Of a DNA stretch of 61,334 nucleotides, positions 49,001-55,419 are shown in pieces. Under the pieces are notes generated by a model, which did not search any database, had not been told where the DNA came from, and worked only from the letters and a program-made list of their open reading frames with translations. Position 1 is the stretch's first letter, and every line of letters starts with the position of its first letter. Origin of the DNA: Nemertoderma westbladi (taxonomy: Eukaryota; Animalia; Xenacoelomorpha); the NCBI GenBank assembly GCA_032718475.1, contig JAUCBJ010006171.1, positions 1 to 61,334 of the forward strand, in the 5' to 3' direction. The position numbers and the translations under genes were made by a program.

Positions 49001-50422
49001 ACATTCCTAAAATCCCATCATTTGTGACATGGGCGCACGCGCACAGTACTGCAAACGAAATAGTGTTGCTAAAAGGTTAAAAAATACAATCATCAACTTA
49101 CCAACAAATACTCGCAGATTTTCCAAGCTTTTTTCGAGCTTGGCGATATCTTCTTCAAATGTTGGCAAGTCATTGCAGGAGGCAGTTAGGCGGCACAACT
49201 GCACTTCCGTCCGGCTCATAAGATCCTCCACTGTTAATGTCGGTTCAATAGTAAGTAGATTTTGCACTAATAGTTGAGGAAGACCCAAACAAATAAGGAA
49301 TTTAGGAAGAGAAGGGTAAGTAGATAGTTTGTCAAGAACATCCGGGTTTTTTGTGCGGATCTAGAAAACAGAAAACATTATCTGATTCTACCGGTTGATA
49401 AATTGATTGATTGAAAAAATAAATAGGCTGATTCTAAGAACTCAATATAAATTAATCGCGGCTTTGCAAAAGATAGACAGGGCTTGATGTTACAATCAAT
49501 TCTTAATGTGTCCGGGGGGAAAATTATCCAGGGGGCAATTGTTCTAGTTCCGACTGTACGAACGAACGAACACAACCTTCGTATCTAACATAATAAATGA
49601 GAAACCTCATGAATGAAACAAACGCTGGTAGGTCTATACACTATAGTTTCATAATATTATTATTATTGGGTCTTGGTTTGCCATTCTAGATGGTAGGTGT
49701 CGCAGTAGAGTTAGCTTTGTGGCATCACTTCACTATATATCACCCGCATCTATTCTAACGCACATGACTCTCTAGATTCACCATGGCTAAGCCAGTAAGC
49801 AGCTCAGCTGTTGGACTTGGCCATGCACTGCAGCACTGCTGAGTGCTGATAGGAGAAGGAGCTCGAAGTGGAGTGTACTCAGAAGAGAAATGAGATCAGG
49901 TTACTTCTGAGCAGCCATTGGTAGATTACTCTGTTACTATCAGTATAGCCGGGCCCATGTTGCTGAGTATATGGATAGTGGAGTGGGCTATGGGTATGGG
50001 TACTACCCCACCCCAACCCCCCCCCCCCCCCCCCCCCCCGCACTGCCACTACTACCCTACACTACTATTGATATAGTAGAGTGATGATATATCATATCGG
50101 CAAAGCCATACAGCCATAGGCAGGCGCAGTGAGCCAGATATGTCTAACAAAACTTTTATAAGTCGCAGTGATAATTCAGTACCGGTAGGCCTTAACTGTC
50201 ATGACTCACCTTCTGTTTGATGACTATTTGGTTACTGAATAACTTAAATAATCTAATTTGCACGCTATCTATCTCGTGTTTGGCAACTGTATTTCGGTGT
50301 TCTCGGAACCCCTCCAGTGTCTTTGAATACATCTCAATCATATCTCTCGACACACCCAGGTTCTCCAAAATCTTGTCCACCTCTTCTGTGGGTGTCATTT
50401 TATCATCCCCGTTAGTTGCCAT
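6645..50422 (-). CDS. ksr: Kinase suppressor of Ras (KSR) scaffold, multi-exon and 3'-partial: join of 50422-50210, 49360-49102, 48602-48413, 39199-38957, 37295-37117, 32700-32586, 7944-7657, 7004-6645; kinase domain expected left of the window
   Basis: All eight exons have GT-AG borders and matching phases (0,1,2,2,1,2,2; total 1847 nt, no stops). The translation carries KSR hallmarks in the correct order: CC-SAM, RSISHETQL (cf. KSR RSKSHESQL), an atypical C1 domain HRF..[27 protein letters not shown] and FTFP. Confidence 0.9.
7657..7944 (-). CDS. ksr: ksr coding exon 7 (C-terminal half of the C1 domain plus linker)
   Basis: Acceptor cccattcag|G; reads YKCHEKCTSISPPSCCLPEEY..., completing the C1 H/C pattern begun in exon 6; donor AAG|GTTCGT, phase 2. 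Confidence 0.88.
8186..8252 (+). mobile_element. Very short 3' stub of the same RTE-like family
   Basis: gacaagccggtacagcattcttaaaaatgcagctgcaatgcagcatgccgatcc(tag)n matches the 3' end of the two longer copies. Confidence 0.75.
9324..11528 (-). CDS. ANAPC5: Anaphase-promoting complex subunit 5, CDS intronless, nested on the same strand in ksr intron 6
   Basis: VTPYKL, SVIGIFLRRLFLDFSQLSFNQV, FTKKHAEQFI and HYLAYINSLRQFD..LHHYFD match APC5 motifs; TPR-like C-terminus. First ATG at 11528; AATAAA (minus strand) at 9254-9259. Confidence 0.9.
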   Translation of the reverse strand: MSFPTTFRPIIPNSNPKSRELVTPYKLYVASIINSILPHRKQSALTLLQKRRLWPLLLDLLNSSDTSFRRLCDKCSDITIADSDITTGINVFRAKLQCSGLETMYDLGKSLEDTFNSDAPTDTETDVLPTSVIGIFLRRLFLDFSQLSFNQVISLLQLTIAYSDDEDVSYRDNVSVSMVTDEFSQSLRLSPSAASDVDFPNADKTPAFTKKHAEQFISTEIRLISDCERLSSTPGQLESRIDSLVAASTTCQPHYLAYINSLRQFDLTGALRHLHHYFDLKPPSESVANELDSQRTFRCGVLNVAAMHVRRGEWSEARAATLEALNLAYSASDSSSLHYAIYLLCRIDQALNKDSSSLLRHSLKHSKSLCQIDLSTAAAHLYAQQRLSSADAEPFNVFQIVDEADSLAVTEVDTNGESEALSLTSRCHQGVLWSLYGRRRLASLAMQCVLLRAACYSQPERELDVEPLCVALCSVAKQLADRGNRLGSQEVLNEARSRFPSRTAHAGLWVDTENQLDAASETLRGSGGSRTAGDPVVRARQCMIAGRYEEAQRLLLGILEEHEGYTSQPEVVPAALIELADLHAVTGNLTHSMSLLVKSESISKKHGFQLLAALATLRLAKLLGIWLGGELPDSCHSWVSQSLCVVYSQGSAYQRCCGYLIESELVSEPVAAIELLESVVTKLKDMDCTSRLRDVFYRLAHLFNAVGDSDKRNLYSKTFNQMSYLNDYVSPLGF
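12581..13270 (-). mobile_element. 5'-truncated RTE-like non-LTR retrotransposon (RT C-terminus, 3'UTR, (TAG)n tail), degraded
   Basis: KAWATLNSLSRIWKS..LKVRLF.AAVVP.LLY, RFAGHCFRREDQP; near-identical to 31516-31996 in opposite orientation; broken frames. Confidence 0.8.
15089..15748 (-). CDS. Glutathione S-transferase, rho/theta-like class, intronless, nested on the same strand in ksr intron 6
   Basis: LYWGSGSPPCWR, NPRGQVP, NESVAI, YLVGDNFSMADV, WPPHW. First ATG at 15748; AATAAA (minus strand) at 15071-15076. Confidence 0.92.
   Translation of the reverse strand: MASDGTNIVLYWGSGSPPCWRAMISLFEKQLGGFESNLIEFSKRGHKSPEVLALNPRGQVPTFRHGDTIVNESVAICFYLENVFKNQGTKLLPEDHKELATALQRTLEVLSLAMKGRAVVYKQQGISDDELKQRKQDLSKELGVWEDYLKSEYLVGDNFSMADVMMFPQLAYFVRYGLVLDSYPKLKAYYTKVSERESVKKSWPPHWKESDGLTALNGV
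16969..17132. repeat. 41-bp tandem repeat x4
   Basis: gtcttttcacattgtacggcacggcagtattagtgtccgcc starts at 16969, 17010, 17051 and 17092. Confidence 0.95.
17190..17490. repeat. Interspersed repeat with an inverted, fragmented second copy at about 26097-26227, 26863-26926 and 31270-31312
   Basis: Reverse-complement matches read directly, e.g. gttagcgaacttgttctta / taagaacaagttcgctaac and ctcacttatttttagcggttg / caaccgctaaaaataagtgag. Confidence 0.8.
17497..17757 (-). pseudogene. RING-CH (RINGv, MARCH-type E3 ligase) fragment, frameshifted and truncated
   Basis: CRICLE..MISP, then after a +1 shift in the C5 run (plus-strand ggggg 17607-17611) CHCRGTVQFIHPLCLLTWVRE..SELC. The seventh Zn ligand is C->S. 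The sequence runs into a repeat with no TM region. Confidence 0.75.
17996..19579. mobile_element. Non-autonomous piggyBac-like element with an internal ~163-bp tandem repeat (about 18530-19290)
   Basis: TTAA on both sides; TIR CCCTATTA..CCGGG; subterminal Gn-TCATATTGA-Cn hairpins; motif caaaatttggtgct recurring every ~163 bp. Confidence 0.85.
19731..20446 (-). mobile_element. Internally deleted Merlin (IS1016-like) DNA transposon
   Basis: TIR GGCACTACTATGTCTTGTACACACC; 9-bp TSD TACCCCAAA; transposase remnant HKTINHS..TGANTQRIESIW..K..LAEYRWR (19930..20154). Confidence 0.88.
21509..22126 (+). CDS. Divergent TMEM160-like membrane protein (paralog of 24659..25324), intronless
   Basis: Basic, presequence-like N-terminus and three hydrophobic segments. 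Aligns by eye with the 24659 ORF (YL..S.SL...SGC..L; DL; S.L...GS..Y; G.S..A...L..CA). First ATG at 21509. Confidence 0.6.
   Translation: MYPLAHHLGLFRTLANTKLSPKPTLLQQKSLNPCHQQHIKIPGYSSILNADLRRNFGGRTFWEDDSSKHALATRGQIVDNEKTGAETLSTLQMVYLGYTSASLITYISGCFILLHADVASKIILTTQSLDLALSIVTWSPLLQAYGSVQYEIGIWRVWKHGGISSAALVFNLIFCAIIFMFACIQYGGAIKIIFDALIRHNKRKP
22505..22880. mobile_element. Possible Helentron/DINE-1-like non-autonomous element
   Basis: Internal (GACG/GACA)n microsatellite followed by a short GC stem near 22860-22880; boundaries approximate. Confidence 0.35.
23383..24384 (+). CDS. TYW5: tRNA wybutosine-synthesizing protein 5 (JmjC hydroxylase), CDS intronless
   Basis: MDFLNKNFVYKTL, EKYYLRS, LWTHYDVMDN, GDLLFIPALWFHNV and YDAKDVYGNKDP; the HxD..H iron-binding triad is intact. 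Confidence 0.93.
   Translation: MDYTESENMPSAKNSKVKDVTVIEMTMVDNVSLPNVSLPSEGLREPLLIRGLNIGECVTKWTPEYMKSRVPPEGVNVPVHVCKHNHMDFLNKNFVYKTLSFKELIERTARTSKLQEFFVDPEEKYYLRSVSDDARKIPANFGSEFPWLSQDFIAPDNVPSDKLFSTVLRISSPGLNLWTHYDVMDNALVQICGTKRAVLWPPSDVDSMYLVGDKSRILNIDDVDLSMFPLFREATRYNVTLHPGDLLFIPALWFHNVTARDWSVAINLFWRHLEARCYDAKDVYGNKDPLSARRAMDAGERATSALHKLPKEYQDFYAKRIIAQLSKLCVGNG
24659..25324 (+). CDS. TMEM160: Transmembrane protein 160-like (mitochondrial membrane), intronless
   Basis: H.SYLSW..SLL...G and GLFVVFGSLNYAADLVVLR resemble TMEM160 (AFLSWFRNGLL; GGLCVVWGSASYAVGLAALR); acidic C-terminal tail; presequence-like N-terminus. Confidence 0.7.
   Translation: MILISQPKIMGALKSIPGPQPHHAAAFRKIIPHLVTPTVYKRGDLLCRGIKSTGIHRTRPPAHDPATTGSPHPDPATGFPINPVDGESLRLNIHRSYLSWMSVSLLSMSSGCVLLGISHLNDVSRNRHMLMEYTDLSVLFAGASGLFVVFGSLNYAADLVVLRQAVGMSRSAVAAHLAMCAAFLYVWFAVAWTIINRADTAGTLDPVTLNTFDDEPENVNK
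25919..26097. mobile_element. Harbinger/PIF-like MITE
   Basis: TIR GGCC.CGTTCACAC plus inverted gagtcaaagtcaaaa; flanks tat/taa (imperfect 3-bp TSD). Confidence 0.6.
26927..31269 (-). mobile_element. Degenerate DNA transposon with CAC...GTG ends, subterminal GTTACA-N-GGGAC repeats, a probable transposase remnant (29808..30308) and the 42-bp minisatellite
   Basis: Imperfect TIRs sharing AAAGTGGCCAAAA; inverted subterminal motifs near 27150-27240 and 30440-30680; it interrupts a sequence present uninterrupted (inverted) at 17190-17305. Superfamily uncertain. Confidence 0.6.
27360..29620. repeat. 42-bp C/T-rich minisatellite (about 54 units) inside a DNA transposon, followed by a different 42-bp unit x3 (about 29672-29797)
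   Basis: Unit cccactccgtctcccacaccctccacagatcctcctgtactt; it produces the 824-aa PTPSPTPSTDPPVL ORF. Confidence 0.95.
31516..31996 (+). mobile_element. 5'-truncated RTE-like non-LTR retrotransposon, second copy
   Basis: ORF 31468..31959 contains RLRFAGHCFRREDQPVHNLLLWQP; same 3' end gcagcatgccgatcctagtagt. Confidence 0.8.
32586..32700 (-). CDS. ksr: ksr coding exon 6 (N-terminal half of the C1 domain)
   Basis: Acceptor tatgtttcag|; reads GRIFHKIKHRFANRVFVFGTNCDYCRKVLFYGAKCKEC(K); donor AA|GTAAGT. Not in the ORF track. Confidence 0.9.
33466..36376. mobile_element. hAT-like non-autonomous element with CGGGAT subterminal repeats
   Basis: Ends TAGT..GCAA.GGGAT / ATCCCATTGCAACACTA; perfect 8-bp TSD GAATACAC (33458-33465 and 36377-36384). 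Confidence 0.85.
33928..35849. mobile_element. Non-autonomous TIR element nested in the hAT element, Sola2-like ends
   Basis: TIR GGGT(G/C)AATAAGCTTAAAAGTGGCCAA; 4-bp TSD ATAT; many internal CTGTAAC/GTTACAG motifs. Superfamily inferred only from the GRG terminus and 4-bp TSD. Confidence 0.7.
37117..37295 (-). CDS. ksr: ksr coding exon 5 (Ser-rich linker ending PRSPGPRMG)
   Basis: Acceptor ttatcttacag|; 179 nt, phase 2->1; donor G|GTTAGT. The reading frame differs from the ORF-track call 37102..37350. Confidence 0.72.
37590..39020. repeat. 70-bp minisatellite, 20 units plus one 31-nt partial, at the start of ksr intron 4
   Basis: Direct reading. The minus-strand unit is the last 64 nt of exon 4 plus GTGAGT; 21 GTGAG donors are present. 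Confidence 0.98.
38957..39199 (-). CDS. ksr: ksr coding exon 4 (contains the 14-3-3-type site RSISHETQL); its donor is the first unit of the 70-bp array
   Basis: Acceptor ctatctgtgcag|; 243 nt, phase 2->2; KRSISHETQL; donor CAG|GTGAGT. Confidence 0.8.
39575..48424. repeat. 32-bp satellite, about 276 units (gtacacacaaacctggtagtcctagtccgaac), filling most of ksr intron 3
   Basis: Direct reading; 8850 bp. On the minus strand each unit is TAGGACTACCAG|GTTTGTGTGTACGTTCGGAC, i.e. exon-3 end plus donor. Confidence 0.98.
48413..48602 (-). CDS. ksr: ksr coding exon 3 (Pro-rich linker); its donor is the first unit of the 32-bp array
   Basis: Acceptor tattattgtag|; 190 nt open frame in phase 1->2; donor CAG|GTTTGT. 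Supported mainly by phase compatibility with both neighbouring exons. Confidence 0.7.
49102..49360 (-). CDS. ksr: ksr coding exon 2 (SAM-like part of CC-SAM)
   Basis: Acceptor ttttctgttttctag|; YPSLPKFLICLGL..TVEDLMSRTEVQL..KLEKSLENLR; donor G|GTAAGT, phase 1. Confidence 0.82.
50210..50422 (-). CDS. ksr: ksr coding exon 1 (CC-SAM/CA1 coiled-coil part)
   Basis: ATG at 50422. MATNG..DMIEMYSKTLEGFREH..KHEIDSVQIRLFKLFSNQI resembles KSR CA1. Donor AAG|GTGAGT, phase 0. Confidence 0.8.
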
Positions 50423-51884
50423 TTCATTTAGCTAGGTTAGTCTATCATCTATTTATATACCGTACAGATACGGCAGTATGAGTGAGTATATACCGGTACG
50501 CAGTACGGCTGTACTGTATAGTATATTACTGTCTCTGCCAGACTCTATTATTATTATAAATTATACATCAGTTTTAGTTAGTCAGTTCACACCCAGGATA
50601 TTGACAGATTGAAGAAAGTACATCCTAATAGTATTACTGTATTAAATAGCTTCCGTCCGCCAGTCTGCCTCCGTGGCCTCTATATACCCTGATCCTGATA
50701 CTTTCTTCAGGATTCCTGATTACTTTCTTCATACCAGTACCCAATTACTTTACTTTACCTTTGAGTTACCTTACCATCAGACCTCCCAACTGCAGGGGAC
50801 TAACAAATCGGGTTCGTCTAAACACCCAAATGCCAAATCACAAACCAAATCACTAAAAATACCGGTAAGCCCGTAATCACAAAACCAAATCACACGTACA
50901 GACGTACGGCTCGACCGAATGTGAAATCTTGCCGGATAAGAATCCGACAGTCCGACCTGCCGACTGTCCGAAGCTAATGTCAGAATGTTTCGAAAATTAC
51001 CGAATCCGGAGCCGAATCCGAACCGGATGTTGATTCTTGTATTTTGGGTTAACCTGTATCTAGGGTTAACTCACCAAATTCCGGCCACAAGGCAAATCCG
51101 GACAGGGTGTTCAAATTATGGCCAATTACTAGGCCTATGTTTCCTATTAAGACATAAAAAGGATATGTACCATACCGGTACCGGTACATAAGGGAACATA
51201 CACTTAAATAAGCTCCAAAAGTGGGTTCTTATTTAAGGAAAATGGCTTTTATTTATGGGTTTTGGGCCTTTTTTTGGATAGGCCTATATTTTCGACATAA
51301 TAATTATGCCATAACTTGTTTCAAGGAAAAAATACCACATAATTTTATTTCAAAGTATAAAAATTGGGTCTTTCTTGAACATAATGCAAAAGGCCAGAAA
51401 ACATTTCACCGTCCGGTTTGTTTTTCTACAAGCGTTTTACAGTTTTAAGATTGCATCAAAAATACGATCAGTTTCTAAATAAGAGGGATTTTTTAAATTT
51501 ACCTTAGGCCTATTTAAGACATCGAAATTGTACTTGTAGGCCTACACAAATACCAAAAGTCCCTATATACAGACAGATATAGGCCTACTGAAATAAGAAC
51601 TTTTTGACCTGGGTTTCTTATTTAGGAATACACTGATACAATTTCATTCCAAAATCTGCACACTCCTTAAATAAATTAAATATTCCATATATCAGCACCG
51701 GTATATAAATGTCTCTTTATAACTGCAGAACTGTCAGACTGTCTCCCAGCCCATTCCTTTTTCTGCCCTTATCTCCTTATGACAGTTCAGTTATCAGGTT
51801 ATGACCTCCTAACCTGGCTGGACAGGACATTGCAAGATAAGGGAGCTTAATTGGATAGGCTGATAGGCAGATAGGTGCTCAAAT

Positions 51885-52850
51885 GCACAACGAGCAACAA
51901 TGACCAACATTGAGCAACAAAACAACGAGCAACAATGAGCAACAACGAGTAACAACGAGCAACAACGAGTAACATTGAGCAACAACGAGCAACAATGACT
52001 TAATGAGCAACAATGACCAATAACGAGCAACAATGACCAACAATGACTGAATGAGCAACAACGAGCAATAAATCTGATAATACGCAACGAGCAACAATGA
52101 ACTGATGAACAACAACTTTGTTTCTTTGTCTCTGGAATTAACTCTGGTCCTGGACATCATACTTCTGCTCTTTCTAATATTGTACCTTAAAAGAATATTA
52201 GTAAAACATTCAATAATATCATCTGGGGCGAATTGACTTGGAAGGTGGGGCGAATCATTCAACAGTCCAAGTCGATTCGCCCCAGCTGCCCAGGTGCCAG
52301 GTCCATATGCCCCTAAAATGTGGGGCGAATCGTGAATCGACTTGGCACTCTTAGCAGCTTGCTGGCTTGGGGCGAAAAGGTCGCGGGGCGAATCGACCCG
52401 CAACCTAATGCTGTAATGCTGTAATGGGGAACAACGAGAACGACTGACTGACTGAACGAGCAATAATCAGATAATAAACTACAACAACCAGACAACGAGC
52501 AGCAACGGGCAACAATCAGACAATGATCAACAGATCAACAATGAGCAATAAAGAGCAATAATAAAGTACAAAAACGAGCAACAACACAGACAAGCAACAA
52601 TGACCAACAATGAGAAACAACGAGCAACAACGAGGAACAATAAAGTAACAATGAGCACCAACAAGCAACAATCTGACAATGACAATGAGAAACAACGAGC
52701 AATAATGAGCAACAAATGACAAACAACGACTGAACGAGCAACAATGAACAACAACGAGCAACAATGCGCAACAACGAGTAACAACCTGACAACAGGCTGA
52801 CTGGCTGACAGGACAACGAGCAACAACTTGTAACATTGAGCAACAATGTT
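51885..52850. repeat. Degenerate GAGCAACAA/CAA-rich simple repeat, interrupted by a segment with GGGGCGAAT motifs
   Basis: Direct reading; source of the spurious Cys/Leu-rich minus-strand ORFs. Confidence 0.85.
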
Positions 52851-52910
52851 ATGCGCTGTCTGCCGGTACTGTTTGACTGTACAGTGTACAGCAGTACAGT
52901 GCCGGTACAT

Positions 52911-54418
52911 CAGTCAGTGATCTATGCCAAAATTGGCAGTTTTCAAAAATGGAAGTTTTTATTCCAATTTCGGCATTAATTCCAAAATTGGAACTAGTAC
53001 TGATAGGCACCAGTCAGCCAGTTATTAGATTAATAATGTATTTTGACAGTTTGAACTAATCTATTTTCATGCAAATTTATTACCGTATAATGCATTATAT
53101 TTCGGTAAACGAACTTAGATCCTGCAGGGCGTGACTTTGACAGTTTGAGGAACTTATATCTATGCGAACTTGGGTCCTATATATGCGAACATAGATCCTA
53201 TCAGCCTATATCTGGCAGTCTGGTTGAACTTAGATCCTAACTAAGTGAACTTAGATCCTATCCGACAGTCTGGGGGAGCTTAGCCTTAGAGACCGAACTA
53301 CTGAACTAGGTGAACTTAGATCCCAATTTATACAAATTCCTTAGCACACGCTAGACTGCTAGAGGAGAGGCGAACTTAGATCCCACATCATGTAGTGCTG
53401 GCCACGTTCAATTGATATTATAGTATTGTACTGTGTTACATTTTACATTAAGCAATTAAGCATATAAAAGTACTTACAGACTTATAATGATCTAATGCAA
53501 ATAAGTCATACACTCGAGAGTAGTTGCGTTGCGATTAGTTACCTACTCACCAACAAACTATAATTTGCAAATTAATAGCTAATTCGGTGCAATGTATTAT
53601 TTATTATTATTATGGTAGTCTGGTAGTAGGATCTATAAGTTCGCTTCCCTTCAAGCGTGATAATATTTACAGTAAGGTCTGCTGGCCTATGGCAGTATGG
53701 GGATGACGTTTTTACATTAACACAGCTATGGTACAGCAATATTGTTAAAAAAAGGTCAGAATCAGAATGTTTGGTTAAACACAAACAGAGACAAAGTATT
53801 GAAATTGATAATGTGAACAAATCTTACATTGTTGTATGGCCCAACCCAGGGCGTTTCTTATCAAGGTTAACATTAAGGTGATCGGATATTGGATAGTGCA
53901 AGTACCGTACCTACTGTACGTACACCATATACTACACTACACACACAAGCACATGCAACTCACTAGAATGTATAATGTCACATCACAGCTGTCACAGCAT
54001 GACACTGACACATTTACAACAAAAGTTCGGTTATATACCAATATACAGATATATGCCTGCAAGCTGCAACTCAGCAACTACAACTGTACAACCACTCTCT
54101 CTGCCAGTCTACAGCTGCTCTTCCTCTTATCAGAATAAAAAATGCCAAAAACGGCAGGTCAAAAACTTCAAATTTTGGAACTAGAGGTTACAGTATCAAA
54201 ATTTTAATCATAAAAAACCAAAAGCATGGTGAATTTTTTTTTATCTCGGTCAAAAGTTTCTAAATGCATCAAAATATAATTTTTTGCAAAATTCAGAAAT
54301 TTAGTTAACCCCAGCCAATATTGGCTGACCCTGGACAGAAAATATATCAAAAATTCCAATTTTGGCATGAAAACTTCCAATTTTGAAAAATGCCAATTTT
54401 GGCATAGATCAGTGACTG
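52911..54418. mobile_element. TIR element with CAG terminus and 5-bp TSD (hAT5-like), non-autonomous
   Basis: About 50-bp TIR CAGTCA(G/C)TGATCTATGCCAAAATTGGCA..; TACAT on both flanks; internal GAACTTAGATCC repeats. Confidence 0.78.
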
Positions 54419-54626
54419 TACATGGTACACAGTACAGTAGGTACAGAAATATACCGATATATGATATACAGAAATATGTTAATTAATATACAGCTACAAT
54501 ACAGCAATACCGGTACCGAATACTGCGGAATGTAATAGTTGAGTAGTACAGTACAGTCTGACAGTAGTCAGTAGTACCGGTATCATTTCAAACAGAAATA
54601 TGGCTGTATCTGTGTATGGTGCTATC

Positions 54627-54847
54627 GGTTATCGTTCATATGCGTACCTCTGGCAAAAGAAGCAGGTTACAGGCTACAGTACAATAAACTAATCACCATT
54701 ACTTAATTAACGGAAAGGAGCAGGTTACAGTGGTGGGCTTTTCTAACCAAAACAATAAACAATATCTCAATAACATAGGGTATTTCATACTTATAGTCTT
54801 ATTTTTGCAACACGAAAATACCAGAGGTACGCATATGAACTATAACT
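54627..54847. mobile_element. 221-bp MITE with 8-bp TSD
   Basis: TIR (G/A)GTTAT(C/A)GTTCATATGCGTACCTCTGG; TSD GTGCTATC (54619-54626 and 54848-54855). Confidence 0.8.
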
Positions 54848-55419
54848 GTGCTATCAGATATGGCACTATCAGACTATGGCAGGTATGGTGTATGCTAATA
54901 TACTGCACTGCACCAAAGTTACCCATATGCCATAGCACATACCGGTAGCCCATCATTCAGTCATTACATGTCCGGACCGGAATTACCTAAATGTTTGGGT
55001 CCTGTCAGCCTGTCTAAACACCCAAATCACAACAAATCACACCAAATCACAACAAATCACACCAAATTACACCAAATCACAAACCAAATCACACCAAATC
55101 ACAAACCAAATCACAAAAAATAACCCCAAAACCAAATCACACCAAACCAAATCACTAACCGACAGTAGGGTTCCCTTCCCTATCCCGATCGAGATATATA
55201 AATATATCCCGATCGGGATCGGGATATACCCTTATAAGGTAATATATCCCGATCGGGATATGTCAATGTGTACAGTACAAACTGCTGTTCTGTCATTTAC
55301 TACTGTATGTTCTTCTGTTCTCTATAAAACTACAGTATATTTCAAAACAAGAATGTCAATGCAGCAATACTGCAATAAATATTATCAGAATGTGAAGTGA
55401 TGGCTGCACTGCAAACCAA

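Noticed and set aside
51809-52910. Cys/Leu/Val-rich membrane-protein ORFs on the minus strand
   Set aside because: These are translations of a TTG-rich simple repeat, open in several frames at once.
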